Source: a virus. From it: a stretch of 64,000 nucleotides of DNA. This document shows, piece after piece, positions 1 to 8,877 of the stretch. Within the stretch, counting starts at the first letter, position 1; each line of letters starts with the position of its first letter. A model generated the notes under the pieces. That model was not told the DNA's origin. It saw only the letters and a list, made by a program, of their open reading frames with translations, and did no database searches. Position numbers and translations under genes: made by a program. The DNA lies in IMG/VR virus record IMGVR_UViG_3300045975_000444, positions 19,296-83,295 of that record. One strand, 5' to 3'.

Positions 1-2
1 AC

Positions 3-377
3 ATGCCTGCGTCACGCGTGGACCCGTCCGCGACCGTCGCACCGAAGCTGCTCACCATTCAGGAGCTGGCCGACATGCTCGGCCTGAGCTACCAGGCGGC
101 GGCGAGTTTCATCGTCCGGCGCCTGGAGCCGACCGAGGACTCGCCGGTCGTCTACCTCGGCCCGCACACCAAGCGGGTCCGGCTCGACCGTTGGCTCGCC
201 TGGATCGAGGCCCGGACCGGGCAGCGTCCCGAGCCCGACGAGCGCCGCCGCACCTACTTGGCCGGCCTCTCTCGCCAGATGACCGCGACCAACCGAGCCC
301 GCCGCCCGGACCCGCGGACCATCGACCCGCGGACAGTCGACCAAGCCCTGGCCGACATGGCGAGAGGGAAAGAATGA
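3..377 (+). CDS. helix-turn-helix DNA-binding protein, excisionase/HTH_17-like
   Basis: LLTIQELADMLGLSYQAA...RVRLDRWLAWIE pattern typical of Xis/MerR-like wHTH; may be truncated at the window edge. Confidence 0.6.
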   Translation: MPASRVDPSATVAPKLLTIQELADMLGLSYQAAASFIVRRLEPTEDSPVVYLGPHTKRVRLDRWLAWIEARTGQRPEPDERRRTYLAGLSRQMTATNRARRPDPRTIDPRTVDQALADMARGKE

Positions 378-398
378 GGGGAACGCTCCCCTGAAAGG

Positions 399-644
399 AT
401 GCCGCTTGCAATGAAAATCTCGATCGACGTCGACCTGGCGACCGTCCCCGCCCAGACGCCCCCGCTCACCCTGGACGAGGTCACCTCGGCGCTCCGGGCC
501 GGGATCACCCACCTCGACCGGACGCTGCGCATCTCGTCCGAGGCGCGCTCGTTCGGGCTCCTGGTCGTCTCCTCCGAGCGACCGCCCGTCTCGATCGGCA
601 AGGTCCGGGTCGAGCCCGCGGCGCCCGATCCAACCCCCGCGTGA
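399..644 (+). CDS. hypothetical protein
   Basis: 81-aa ORF, AAGGA upstream, GC3-rich codons, in + strand operon. Confidence 0.55.
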   Translation: MPLAMKISIDVDLATVPAQTPPLTLDEVTSALRAGITHLDRTLRISSEARSFGLLVVSSERPPVSIGKVRVEPAAPDPTPA

Positions 645-712
645 GACCGGGGACTGACATTCGGGCGCCCGCTCGTAGATGATACCCTCCGAGCGAACGG
701 GGGGATCAGAAG

Positions 713-1138
713 ATGAGCAAACGGAGCGTCGGGCGAATCCTCGACTTCCTGAACGCCGAGATCGCGGCGAGCGACGACCCCGAGCGGGCCGCCGACGAGA
801 TCATGGACGGCGTCCTCGTCGGCGTCGCCGCCCAGCTCGGCCGCATGGCCGCCGCGCGCGGCGTCGACCCCGAGACTCGCGCGGCCGCACATGCGGCGCT
901 GGTCGAGCGGATCGCGGTCGGCTGGGAGATGGGTACCTTCCTCGGCGAGAAGATCTTCCGCGAGCACGGCGGCCCGGTCTGGGTCTCGTTCGCGCCCGAG
1001 CCCGCGACCGCGGCGACGCGGCTCGTCTTCGAGTTTTCCGAGAGACCGCCCGAGCATGAGCTGATCGAGACGTATCGTCGCATCTTCGATAAGGTCCACA
1101 AGGCACTCCTGCGCGCAGGCGTGGAGCCGCGCATCTGA
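713..1138 (+). CDS. hypothetical protein
   Basis: 141-aa ORF with protein-like composition and GC3 bias. Confidence 0.65.
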   Translation: MSKRSVGRILDFLNAEIAASDDPERAADEIMDGVLVGVAAQLGRMAAARGVDPETRAAAHAALVERIAVGWEMGTFLGEKIFREHGGPVWVSFAPEPATAATRLVFEFSERPPEHELIETYRRIFDKVHKALLRAGVEPRI

Positions 1139-1145
1139 GCGTCTG

Positions 1146-1673
1146 GTGACAACCTGCACCCAATGCGGGACTCCGGTAAGCCACCCGAGGGTCCGGCGAT
1201 GTCGGACATGCTATTACGCCCGCGGCGTCGACTTTTGGTCGCGCGTCAAGAAGACCGCCTCCTGTTGGCTTTGGTGCGGCGCCACGGTCCCGCTACGGGG
1301 AGGATATGGCGTCGTCGCCCCGAACCGTCGCCGGACCTACGCGCACCGCTTCGCCTACGAGATGCTCATCGGTCCGATCCCTTCCGGCCTCGTGATCGAC
1401 CATCTCTGCCGCGAACCTCGATGCGTCAACCCCGCCCACATGCAAGCTGTGACGAGAGGCGAGAACGTGCTCCGTGGCGTCAGCTTCGCCGCACAAGCGG
1501 CACGGCAGATCGGGTGCTCGATCTGCGGCGAGCCGTTCTCCCACACGCGGAGCAATGGGATTCGGCAATGTCGCTCGTGCAACCGACGTCGCGGCCGTGC
1601 CTCGGAGGAGCGCCACAAGGCGCACCGTCTCGAACGCCAGAGAGCGCGGCGTGCCCATGTCGAAGGATCATAA
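1146..1673 (+). CDS. HNH homing endonuclease with flanking zinc-finger motifs
   Basis: CWLW...GYG...AHRFAYEMLIGPIPSGLVIDHLCREPRCVNPAHMQAVTRGEN; CxxC pairs at both ends. Confidence 0.9.
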   Translation: MTTCTQCGTPVSHPRVRRCRTCYYARGVDFWSRVKKTASCWLWCGATVPLRGGYGVVAPNRRRTYAHRFAYEMLIGPIPSGLVIDHLCREPRCVNPAHMQAVTRGENVLRGVSFAAQAARQIGCSICGEPFSHTRSNGIRQCRSCNRRRGRASEERHKAHRLERQRARRAHVEGS

Positions 1674-2139
1674 TCACGAAGACATCACGAGGGCCTTCGC
1701 CGCGGCCGGCGCCTACGTCGTCGACCTCTCGAAGCTCGGCCGCGACAAGCCCGACCTCTTGGTCGGCTTCGCCGGCTGCGAGCGCCTGGTCGAAGTGAAG
1801 ACGGAGCCAGACCCGAGGCCCAAACCCGAGCGCATGCGGGCCGGCTCGCACTGCGCCGTCTGCGGGAAGAGCTACCAAGCGCACCGGCGCGGCTTGGTCC
1901 GCATGCGCGACCTCCGGACCGGCGAGCGCTCCGAGTGCGAGCGGTTCGTGATCCAGCTCGTCGCGGCACCGCGTCATGGAGGCAAGCTATCCGTCGGACA
2001 GCGCGCGTTCGCCATCGACTGGCCGGGCTCGCCCGTCCACGTCGTCCGCACGACCGAGGACGTCGGCCGCGTGCTTGGCGAGATGGTTGCTTCGTCGCTC
2101 GCTCGCAAGCGCGGCGACGCTCGCGGCAGTCGCTCCTAA
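1657..2139 (+). CDS. VRR-NUC-like PD-(D/E)XK nuclease / Holliday junction resolvase with inserted Zn-finger
   Basis: DHNHEDITRAF..GAYVVDLSKLGRDKPDLLVGF...LVEVK...KLSVGQRAF..W.G..VHVVRT; ATG at 1657. Confidence 0.8.
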   Translation: MSKDHNHEDITRAFAAAGAYVVDLSKLGRDKPDLLVGFAGCERLVEVKTEPDPRPKPERMRAGSHCAVCGKSYQAHRRGLVRMRDLRTGERSECERFVIQLVAAPRHGGKLSVGQRAFAIDWPGSPVHVVRTTEDVGRVLGEMVASSLARKRGDARGSRS

Positions 2140-2188
2140 GAAACGCGACGGCCACGTAGTAGCGAGCGACCGCGAGGGAGGGCCACTC

Positions 2189-2386
2189 GTGGAAGCGTAT
2201 GCATGGATGATCGGACTCCTGGTCTTCATCCTGGTCGCCTGCATCGTGCTTTGGGGAGCGCGCAAGCTCATGGCGGCCTGGAACGTCGGCGAGCCGCTGG
2301 CGACGACGGTCTACGTGATCCTCGTCGTGATCTTCGCGGTGATCTTCCTCGTCCGCCTCGGCGCCGGCCTCGGATTCTCGCCGTAA
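2189..2386 (+). CDS. small two-TM membrane protein
   Basis: GTG at 2189 after GGGAGG; two hydrophobic helices (MIGLLVFILVACIVLW; TVYVILVVIFAVIFLV). Confidence 0.7.
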   Translation: MEAYAWMIGLLVFILVACIVLWGARKLMAAWNVGEPLATTVYVILVVIFAVIFLVRLGAGLGFSP

Positions 2387-2553
2387 GACTGCGCCCGACG
2401 GCGTCGGACGCCGTAAAACTTCGCGAGGTCTTGCTTTCCCTGTAGCACGGGCGTACAACGGCGCTCGCCCGATCGCGGGCCGGAAGGATCTCTTTCTTAC
2501 CTTGACGCCTCGCCCGCGGTCGGCTGGAGGCCCGCACCATGGAGTCGAAAGCA

Positions 2554-2585
2554 AAAGAGCCGCTGGTGGGTGCCAGCGGCTCTTT
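2554..2585 (+). terminator. stem-loop, possible intrinsic terminator or attenuator upstream of the replication genes
   Basis: AAAGAGCCGCTGG-tgggtg-CCAGCGGCTCTTT perfect 13-bp stem followed by a pyrimidine-rich tail. Confidence 0.5.
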
Positions 2586-2624
2586 CCATTCTCATCCCCG
2601 CGTGACCAGAGAGGAGACGTCGCT

Positions 2625-2903
2625 ATGACCGACCGTGTAGTCGGTTCCGACGCGCACGTCAAGCCCCAAGCCATCGCGAAACTCGTCGCCTTGGAGCTGC
2701 TCCACCACGGCGAAGCTCTGCTTGCACAGAGCGACGCCTTAAAGCGACGGGGCGATGCTCTCGTGAACCAGGGACGCGCGATTCTGATGGCGCTCGATGG
2801 ATATGTGCCGCCGCCCGCAGAGTTCATCAAAGCGTTCACGCTCCTCCACGAGGCCGCCGTGGCCGCCGGCCTGGAGCCACGCGAAGAAAGCCGCGGGCCG
2901 TGA
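2625..2903 (+). CDS. hypothetical protein
   Basis: GAGGAG RBS, ATG 2625, GTGA overlap with the rep gene. Confidence 0.65.
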   Translation: MTDRVVGSDAHVKPQAIAKLVALELLHHGEALLAQSDALKRRGDALVNQGRAILMALDGYVPPPAEFIKAFTLLHEAAVAAGLEPREESRGP

Positions 2904-3961
2904 CGACCGCCGACCGAGCGCTGATCGAACAACTCGCTCAGGCGATCCTGAAGCAAGGCGACGCGATCCTGAATCTCGGGCGTGCTCTCCTGAAAGCGCT
3001 CGAAGCCGGTCGCGTCGAGGCCCCGGCCGACCCTATCGCCGCCGAACAGACGAGCGATCGCCGCGAGCACGACCGTCGCTACCGTGAGCGCAACCGCACC
3101 GCCCGTGCCGAGAAAGAGCGCGCTCGCCGCTCCGCGCGTGGCGTGGTCGAATCACGCCACGATCACGCCACGCACCACGCCACGCCACGCCACGCGGACG
3201 GGGGGGTAGGGGGGGGTTCTTCTTCCGTTCCCCTCTTCTCTTCCGCTGCTGGGATTCCGGAAGAGGCAGGAAGTACGGAAAAGCACTTCGGAAATTCCGG
3301 ATTGCAGGTAAGTCACTTCTCTCCTCTCCCGGATTCTCCGGCGGCGCGCGCGATTACCGTGGCGTGTACGCCACGCCACGCCACGCCATCACGCCACGCC
3401 ACGCCACGCGGTGCCACACCGCCGGTCGTCGACGACACCCGCGGTTTCATCCTGACTCCATCCGACGAGCCCAAACCGAAGGCACCGAGGCGCGGACACA
3501 AGTCGACCGGCCCAGCACCGGGCTTCGAGTATCCTGCGCTCTTCGAGCAGTTCTGGAAGGCGTTCCCGCGGAAGAAGAAGAAATGGACCGCCTACGAGGC
3601 TTGGACCGAGATCGGTGCCGCCGCGATCATGGACACGATCCTCGCGAAGATCGCCGAGCTATGCGCCAGCGACGACAACTGGCGCCGACGGACCAAATAC
3701 GTACCCTACCCTGCGACCTGGCTCCGTGCCCACGGCTGGCTCGATGAGCCAGACGTCGCCACCCCCGAGCCCCCTCGCCTGACCGCCAAGGAGCGCCGCG
3801 ACATCGCGCTCCGCGAGCAGCTCCGCGCCCAAGGTCTCGACCCCGATCAGATCATCCCCGACCCGCTGGAGCGGCGCCGCCGCATCGACGAGATCGTGCG
3901 CGAGTCCGAGCATGGAGAGATCGTCATCGACGTGACGCCGAGTCCGCACGGCGGCCACTGA
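2900..3961 (+). CDS. phage replication initiator protein
   Basis: C-terminal FEQFWKAFPRKKKKWTAYEAW...KYVPYPATWLRAHGWLDE is the typical phage replication-protein C-terminal signature; low-complexity central linker with DNA repeats. Confidence 0.8.
   Translation: MTTADRALIEQLAQAILKQGDAILNLGRALLKALEAGRVEAPADPIAAEQTSDRREHDRRYRERNRTARAEKERARRSARGVVESRHDHATHHATPRHADGGVGGGSSSVPLFSSAAGIPEEAGSTEKHFGNSGLQVSHFSPLPDSPAARAITVACTPRHATPSRHATPRGATPPVVDDTRGFILTPSDEPKPKAPRRGHKSTGPAPGFEYPALFEQFWKAFPRKKKKWTAYEAWTEIGAAAIMDTILAKIAELCASDDNWRRRTKYVPYPATWLRAHGWLDEPDVATPEPPRLTAKERRDIALREQLRAQGLDPDQIIPDPLERRRRIDEIVRESEHGEIVIDVTPSPHGGH
3136..3420. repeat. two clusters of 5-bp (CACGC)n repeats, putative iterons / replication origin inside the rep gene
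   Basis: 3153-3195 and 3368-3410 are CACGC/ACGCC tandem arrays, with an inverted GCGTGGCGTGG at about 3136 and an AT-richer spacer between them. Confidence 0.6.
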
Positions 3962-4190
3962 GTCGCGCGCTGCACTACATCACCGCCGTAGGTCTTACAT
4001 TTCTTCGCGACGTGCCGACGAAACTTCGGCGAGCAGGCGACGGCTCGGCCGATTTAGTCAGCTTTCCGCTTGCAAGACCTTGGAGCCCGTCGTAAGACTC
4101 CGGACCGCAATCCCGAGAGAGAGAGGGGGAAGCCCGGTGAGGACGACGGTTCGCGCCATTGGCACTACTGTCCTTCGTAGTATCGGCCGC

Positions 4191-4709
4191 ATGAACTCGC
4201 CGCGGGAGATGATCGAGCGGGTCATCCGGAGCGGCGGGAGCCTCCGCGGCCAGTGCTTCGCGCGTGCCGACTTAACCGGCCTCGTCGTGCCGCCCTGCAC
4301 CGACCTCCGCTTCGTGAACCTAAACGGCGCGATCTTAAACGGCGCCGTGCTCGACGGCTGCCTGCTCGACAACGCCAAGCTCGCGGGCGCGGAGGTCTGG
4401 AATCTCAAGGCCCGCGGCGTGAGCGCGGTCGGTGCCGATTTTTCGCGCACCAACGCCCAGGAGGCCGACTTCCGCGGCTCCAACCTCTCCCAGGCGCGCT
4501 TCGATGGAGCCGAGCTGCCGCACGCCGACTTCCGGAGCGACGCCGGCTACGGGACGACCCGGCTCGCGGGCGCCTCGTTCGCTCGCGCCTGGCTCCTCGA
4601 CGCCCAGTTCGACGACGGCGAGCCGAGCGACGACGAGGGCGCCGAGTATACCTGTATCGTCGCCACGACCTCGGCCTTCCTGCCCGTCCTCGCGCTGCTC
4701 TGCATTTAA
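4191..4709 (+). CDS. pentapeptide repeat protein
   Basis: ARADL, NLNGA ILNGA VLDGC LLDNA KLAGA, ADFRG SNLSQ ARFDG AELPH ADFR repeats. Confidence 0.85.
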   Translation: MNSPREMIERVIRSGGSLRGQCFARADLTGLVVPPCTDLRFVNLNGAILNGAVLDGCLLDNAKLAGAEVWNLKARGVSAVGADFSRTNAQEADFRGSNLSQARFDGAELPHADFRSDAGYGTTRLAGASFARAWLLDAQFDDGEPSDDEGAEYTCIVATTSAFLPVLALLCI

Positions 4710-4861
4710 GCACCGGGCTTTTCCCGAGCCGAGCCTTTCACGGGCGCGCCGCTCCCCGGCTTCGCCATTCGGCTCGAAAATTTAACATTGCGCTCCGCAT
4801 CGACTTGGTATCCCGGTTGTGTCCTACATTGCTTCGTTCGCGAGCATGGAGTGAGACGAAG

Positions 4862-5809
4862 ATGGACAGAAACCAGGCTTGGAAGATCGCGCTCCGCATG
4901 TCCGACACGCGCGGCGATGACACACTCGGTCTCGACGTATCGGAGATGGCCAACGTGCTCATGGCATCGGCCATAGCCGACATGCCGGCCGAGGTCGTGA
5001 GCGCGACCCTCGACCTGCTCAAGAGCGAGTTCGACCGGGTTACTCCCCGAATCCTCGTCCGCGCCTGCCGCGAGCGCCCGGTGCTCTTAAGGCGCCCAGC
5101 GCTGCCACCGCCCGAGGACGAGAGCGGCCCGGCCTTTCGCCGGGTCTACTTTCCAGAGCGCCCAAACGGCCACGAGCCCTTCCCGGTGGCCGAGCCCAAT
5201 GAGCGCGAGCGCGAGCGCATGCGGGTCTTCTACGCAGCGTCGGCGCTTCCGGCTACCGTAGTTTCACGCCCCGATCTAGGTATTCACCCCGAGCACATCG
5301 CCCAGGCCAATGCTCAGCGCGAGCGGGCGATCGAGATCCTCGAAGACGGCCTCAAGGCGATGGACGGCCGCACCGACGAGCTGGAGCCTCACGAGCGCGA
5401 GATCGCCCGCGACGCCCAGCGGCGACTCGACGGGCTCCGCTTCGCCCTCGGCGATCGCCAGGCAGAGGCGAGCAAGGCGCGGCGCCTCTTCGAGGCGACC
5501 CTCGTCCGGCTCGCCGTCCGCATGGCCTCGGAGGGCTCGCTTCGCTGCGCCGGCTGCGGCAAACGCGAGCTTTCGGAGCGCGGCCTGGCCGGCGCGGTTC
5601 GCGCCCTGATGGAGGCGGCGGCGCGCGGCGCCACGACGGGTCACGTCTACTGCGAGCACTGCCGAACCGGCACGCGGCCCGCCGCGGGTAGGCCCGACGC
5701 CTGGCTCGACCCGGAGGTCGGCCTTGCGCCGGAAGAGCTAGAGCGACTCATGCGCGAAGAGGCTAGCGACGCCGACCCGTCGGCGTGTCGCCCTCGATCT
5801 CGGGGTTGA
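4862..5809 (+). CDS. hypothetical replication-associated protein with C-terminal Zn ribbon
   Basis: ATG 4862; follows rep; CAGC...CEHC motif; may be a helicase-loader analogue (inference). Confidence 0.5.
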   Translation: MDRNQAWKIALRMSDTRGDDTLGLDVSEMANVLMASAIADMPAEVVSATLDLLKSEFDRVTPRILVRACRERPVLLRRPALPPPEDESGPAFRRVYFPERPNGHEPFPVAEPNERERERMRVFYAASALPATVVSRPDLGIHPEHIAQANAQRERAIEILEDGLKAMDGRTDELEPHEREIARDAQRRLDGLRFALGDRQAEASKARRLFEATLVRLAVRMASEGSLRCAGCGKRELSERGLAGAVRALMEAAARGATTGHVYCEHCRTGTRPAAGRPDAWLDPEVGLAPEELERLMREEASDADPSACRPRSRG

Positions 5810-5999
5810 GCGGCCAGCGGCTCTCAAAGCCGTGCCGTATCAACGTCTGTACCGTTTGACTCAAGTTCCACTGGTAGCGCTCGCAGAGCTTCTCAAGCAT
5901 TGCGTGCTCTTCCTCGGTGAGCCGAACGGAGATCGAGTGAACCTTCTCAGTCTGATCGCCCCTTCTCGACCGAATCCTACCCCGGACTCTACTCGCCAT
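5763..5999 (-). CDS. ribbon-helix-helix transcriptional regulator (repressor candidate)
   Basis: KVHSISVRLTEEEHAMLEKLCERYQWNLSQTVQTLIRHG RHH pattern; divergent from a second RHH gene. Confidence 0.75.
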   Translation of the reverse strand: MASRVRGRIRSRRGDQTEKVHSISVRLTEEEHAMLEKLCERYQWNLSQTVQTLIRHGFESRWPLNPEIEGDTPTGRRR

Positions 6000-6156
6000 G
6001 TTCGGTACCTTCTTCCCTTCCCCGCGGCAACCACCCCGCCGAGCCAATGTCTTACAGACAAACCATATCCCTTGACAATACGCGGGGCCAAAAAACAGGA
6101 TCTTCGGTTGCCTTGTGCACCTACTTGTCTTACATTACCGGCTAAGGTGATCTACC
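6000..6156. promoter_or_regulatory. divergent promoter/operator region (genetic switch)
   Basis: AT-rich intergenic region; TTGACA at 6072; TGTCTTACA at 6048 and 6126; TTGCCT-N17-TACATT at 6108-6136. Confidence 0.7.
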
Positions 6157-6354
6157 GTGAAGCATAGTCCGACGCTAGGGGATACCGAGATACTCGATCA
6201 GGTCGTAACCATCCGCCTCGCAAGCGATCTGCGCCGCCGCCTCTCGTCGGCCGCGCGTACCAAGGGCGTCTCGATCTCCGAGGAAATTCGCCGCCGGCTG
6301 GCGGTTTCCTTCACCCGCCGGGTGGCCCCGGCGTTCGAGGAGGCCCGCGAATGA
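6157..6354 (+). CDS. Arc/RHH-family DNA-binding protein (Cro-like position)
   Basis: VVTIRLASDLRRRLSSAARTKGVSISEEIRRRL. Confidence 0.8.
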   Translation: MKHSPTLGDTEILDQVVTIRLASDLRRRLSSAARTKGVSISEEIRRRLAVSFTRRVAPAFEEARE

Positions 6355-6506
6355 CCGACGACCTCTACCGGCCGGTCGGAGGCTACATGGTCCGGCTCGA
6401 AGGGCCGCCCAAACGGCGATCGCTCCAGGGCGTCGGACTCGTCGTGGCCCTCGCCTGGACCCTCGGATTCATCTCGGGCGTGCTGGTCGCGCTATTAGCT
6501 CACTAG
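6351..6506 (+). CDS. small membrane protein (51 aa)
   Basis: ATGA overlap, GAGGAGG RBS; C-terminal TM GVGLVVALAWTLGFISGVLVALLA; absent from the ORF track. Confidence 0.6.
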   Translation: MTDDLYRPVGGYMVRLEGPPKRRSLQGVGLVVALAWTLGFISGVLVALLAH

Positions 6507-6525
6507 CCCACAAAGGAGGCCCCCC

Positions 6526-7365
6526 ATGGCACAAGCCGCAAAGCTCGCACCCGCTCCGAAGGCCTCGGCCGAGGCCGATACACCCAACCCGGTTCCGCCC
6601 AAGAATCTGGCGGCCGCGCTCCTCGAAGCCCAGCGCGCGATTGGCGCCGTCGCCAAGGGGTCGACCAACGAGTACGACCGCTATCAGTATACTTCGTCTG
6701 ACACAATGATTGCGGCTTGCCGCGATGCCCTCCACTCGGCCGACCTGCTCTTCGACCGCGAGGGCTGGCGGATCGACCGCACGGTCGAGCCCAACGAGCT
6801 GGTCTCGAAGTTCGCCCTCGAATACCCGGCCACGGGCGAGCGGCGCGAATACGAGGTCGAATGGCCGATCGTCCCGAACCAGAAGCGCCTGACCGCCGTC
6901 GACAAGGCTCGGGCGGGCGCGCTCACGACCTCGATCGGGTATTTCCTTCGCGACCTCCTCCAGGTGCCGCGGGCCGACCCGAACGAGATGGACCGGCGCG
7001 AGGACCGCGACGAGGAGCCGCCCCAAGCGAAGCCGACCGACGCCTCGCGGACCCTCCAGGCGGAGGTCGCCGCCGCGGTCGGCCTCCTTCGCGACAAGCG
7101 CCACGTGCAGACGGCCGGGACCTACCTCGACCGGGCCGGGCACGACGTAAAGCTCCTTCGCCAGGTGAAGAACTGGATCGACCAGAAGGTCGCCGAGCAG
7201 TCGGCGCCAGCGGCGGGCGACGAGGTGGCCGCATCGGTGCCCGCCACAAGCGCGACGCCGTCCGCAGCGACGCCGTCCGCAGGACCCGAGCTGGTCGACC
7301 CGGAGACGGGCGAGGCGCTCGACCCCGAGTCGCCGCTCTTCGGCAGAGGAGGCGACGGCCCCTGA
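6526..7365 (+). CDS. erf: ERF-family single-strand annealing protein
   Basis: LAAALLEAQRAIGAVAKGSTNEYDRYQYTS...ARAGALTTSIGYFLRDLLQVPRAD; acidic tail VDPETGE; AGGAGG RBS. Confidence 0.8.
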   Translation: MAQAAKLAPAPKASAEADTPNPVPPKNLAAALLEAQRAIGAVAKGSTNEYDRYQYTSSDTMIAACRDALHSADLLFDREGWRIDRTVEPNELVSKFALEYPATGERREYEVEWPIVPNQKRLTAVDKARAGALTTSIGYFLRDLLQVPRADPNEMDRREDRDEEPPQAKPTDASRTLQAEVAAAVGLLRDKRHVQTAGTYLDRAGHDVKLLRQVKNWIDQKVAEQSAPAAGDEVAASVPATSATPSAATPSAGPELVDPETGEALDPESPLFGRGGDGP

Positions 7366-7739
7366 GCTGGAAGAAGAAGCATCTCGCGATCCCCGAGGAC
7401 CCGAGGATCGTCGCCGAGCGCGAGCGCTGGCTCGACATGGTCGACCGCGCCACGCTCACGGCCGCCCAGGCGATGATGGAGGCGCACATGCGCCGCGAGC
7501 TTCGGCTCCCGGTCGCACCACTGCCCGAGACCCAGACGGAGGCCCGCACGATGGACCAACGCCAGGAGCGCGAGGCGCTCCTCGAAGCGATCGCCCGGCT
7601 GGCGCAGCGCCGCCGCCAGCTCGAAGTCGACCTGGCCGACTTGGACCCCGACGGCGCCGAGCAGCTCACCGAGACCACCCGCGAACTCGAAGACCTGCTT
7701 GCCCGTGCCGGCCTCCCGGTCAGGGCCGCCCCAACCTGA
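7362..7739 (+). CDS. hypothetical coiled-coil protein (probable CTG start)
   Basis: CTGA overlap with the erf stop and AGGAGG upstream; helical composition; alternative ATG at 7437. Confidence 0.55.
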   Translation: MSWKKKHLAIPEDPRIVAERERWLDMVDRATLTAAQAMMEAHMRRELRLPVAPLPETQTEARTMDQRQEREALLEAIARLAQRRRQLEVDLADLDPDGAEQLTETTRELEDLLARAGLPVRAAPT

Positions 7740-7752
7740 GAGAGAAGGAACG

Positions 7753-8760
7753 ATGATCACCGAGACCGAGACCCTCAATCTGTTCCGCCCCGAGCCCGAG
7801 CTTGACCTTCGCCTGACGACCGACACCCGCCCGGCCGTCAGAAAGAAGCCCGAGAAGACGAGCCGCGTCTACGTGAAGGACGGCCGCCGCTACACGCGGG
7901 TGACCAACGTGATCGGCATCCTGGATAAGTCGAACCAGTTGACCTCGTGGGCGGGCGGCGTCCAGCTCGAAGCCGACTTCGAGGCGGCCATGGTCGCCTT
8001 CGCGACGACTCCAGCCGGCGCCACGATGGAGGAGTTCCGCGAGTGCATGCGCCGGAGCCTCGTCGACACGTGGGGAACCGCCACGCCCAAGCCCGGCGAT
8101 GTCGAGGAGCGCCCGCGCCTGGCGCACCGGGTTCACAAGGAGACCGCCCAGGACCGCGGCACGCTCGCCCACGAGCTACTCGAATGGCACGTGAACGCGC
8201 TCGTCGGCATCGACCAAGGCCCCGAGCCCGAGGTCTCCGAGGAGGTCCGCCAGCTCGCGCGCTCCGGGTGGCGCTTTCTCAAGTCGCTGCACTTCGACCC
8301 GCTCGCGGTCGAGCAGACCATGTTCCTCGATACCGACGAGTTCGGGCAGAAGCTCGAAGTCGCCGGCACCGCGGATCTCATCTCCTACGTCTCGATCGAC
8401 GAGCTGACCTCGCTCCGCTATGGCGTCCCGACCCTGCCCTTCGGCGTTGCGGTCTTGGATTGGAAGACCTCCAAGGGCTTGTACCTGGAGCACCGTATCC
8501 AGATCGCCGTCTATAGCCACATGGCGCGGCTCTGCGGTCTAACCGACCACCTCGCGCCGGGTCTGATCGTGCGCCTACCGCGCGAGCCTGACCAGGATGC
8601 GAAGATCCACTGCGTTTCTCCCGAGGAATCCGAGTTGTTCTGGCAGATCTTCAAGGACCTCGCGCGCGTGCATCGCGCAACGAAGCCGCTGTACGACGCC
8701 GATCGTCGCGAGTATTACCGCGAGCGCAAGCGCGAAGAGGCGATGAATGCCAACCGCTGA
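7753..8760 (+). CDS. PD-(D/E)XK exonuclease (recombination nuclease partner of ERF)
   Basis: RYTRVTNVIGILDK..L..W; RGTLAHELLE; VAGTADLI; VLDWKTSKG...IQIAVY. Confidence 0.85.
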   Translation: MITETETLNLFRPEPELDLRLTTDTRPAVRKKPEKTSRVYVKDGRRYTRVTNVIGILDKSNQLTSWAGGVQLEADFEAAMVAFATTPAGATMEEFRECMRRSLVDTWGTATPKPGDVEERPRLAHRVHKETAQDRGTLAHELLEWHVNALVGIDQGPEPEVSEEVRQLARSGWRFLKSLHFDPLAVEQTMFLDTDEFGQKLEVAGTADLISYVSIDELTSLRYGVPTLPFGVAVLDWKTSKGLYLEHRIQIAVYSHMARLCGLTDHLAPGLIVRLPREPDQDAKIHCVSPEESELFWQIFKDLARVHRATKPLYDADRREYYRERKREEAMNANR

Positions 8761-8877
8761 CCGGACAGCCCGGAGCGGATCGAGAAGATCCGCGTGGGTG
8801 AGGAAGGAGTAAAGAATCGGGGCGATTGGGCTCGAACGGGAGAGCGGCCGGGCGGGCGGAAAGGGGTTGTTGAGGAG

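Noticed and set aside
3150-3420. Possible CRISPR array
   Set aside because: These are 5-bp tandem units without unique spacers, and no cas operon is present. No CRISPR array was seen anywhere in the window.
7753-8760. Cas4 as part of a CRISPR system
   Set aside because: It lacks the Fe-S Cys cluster and sits with ERF, so a recombination exonuclease is the better explanation.
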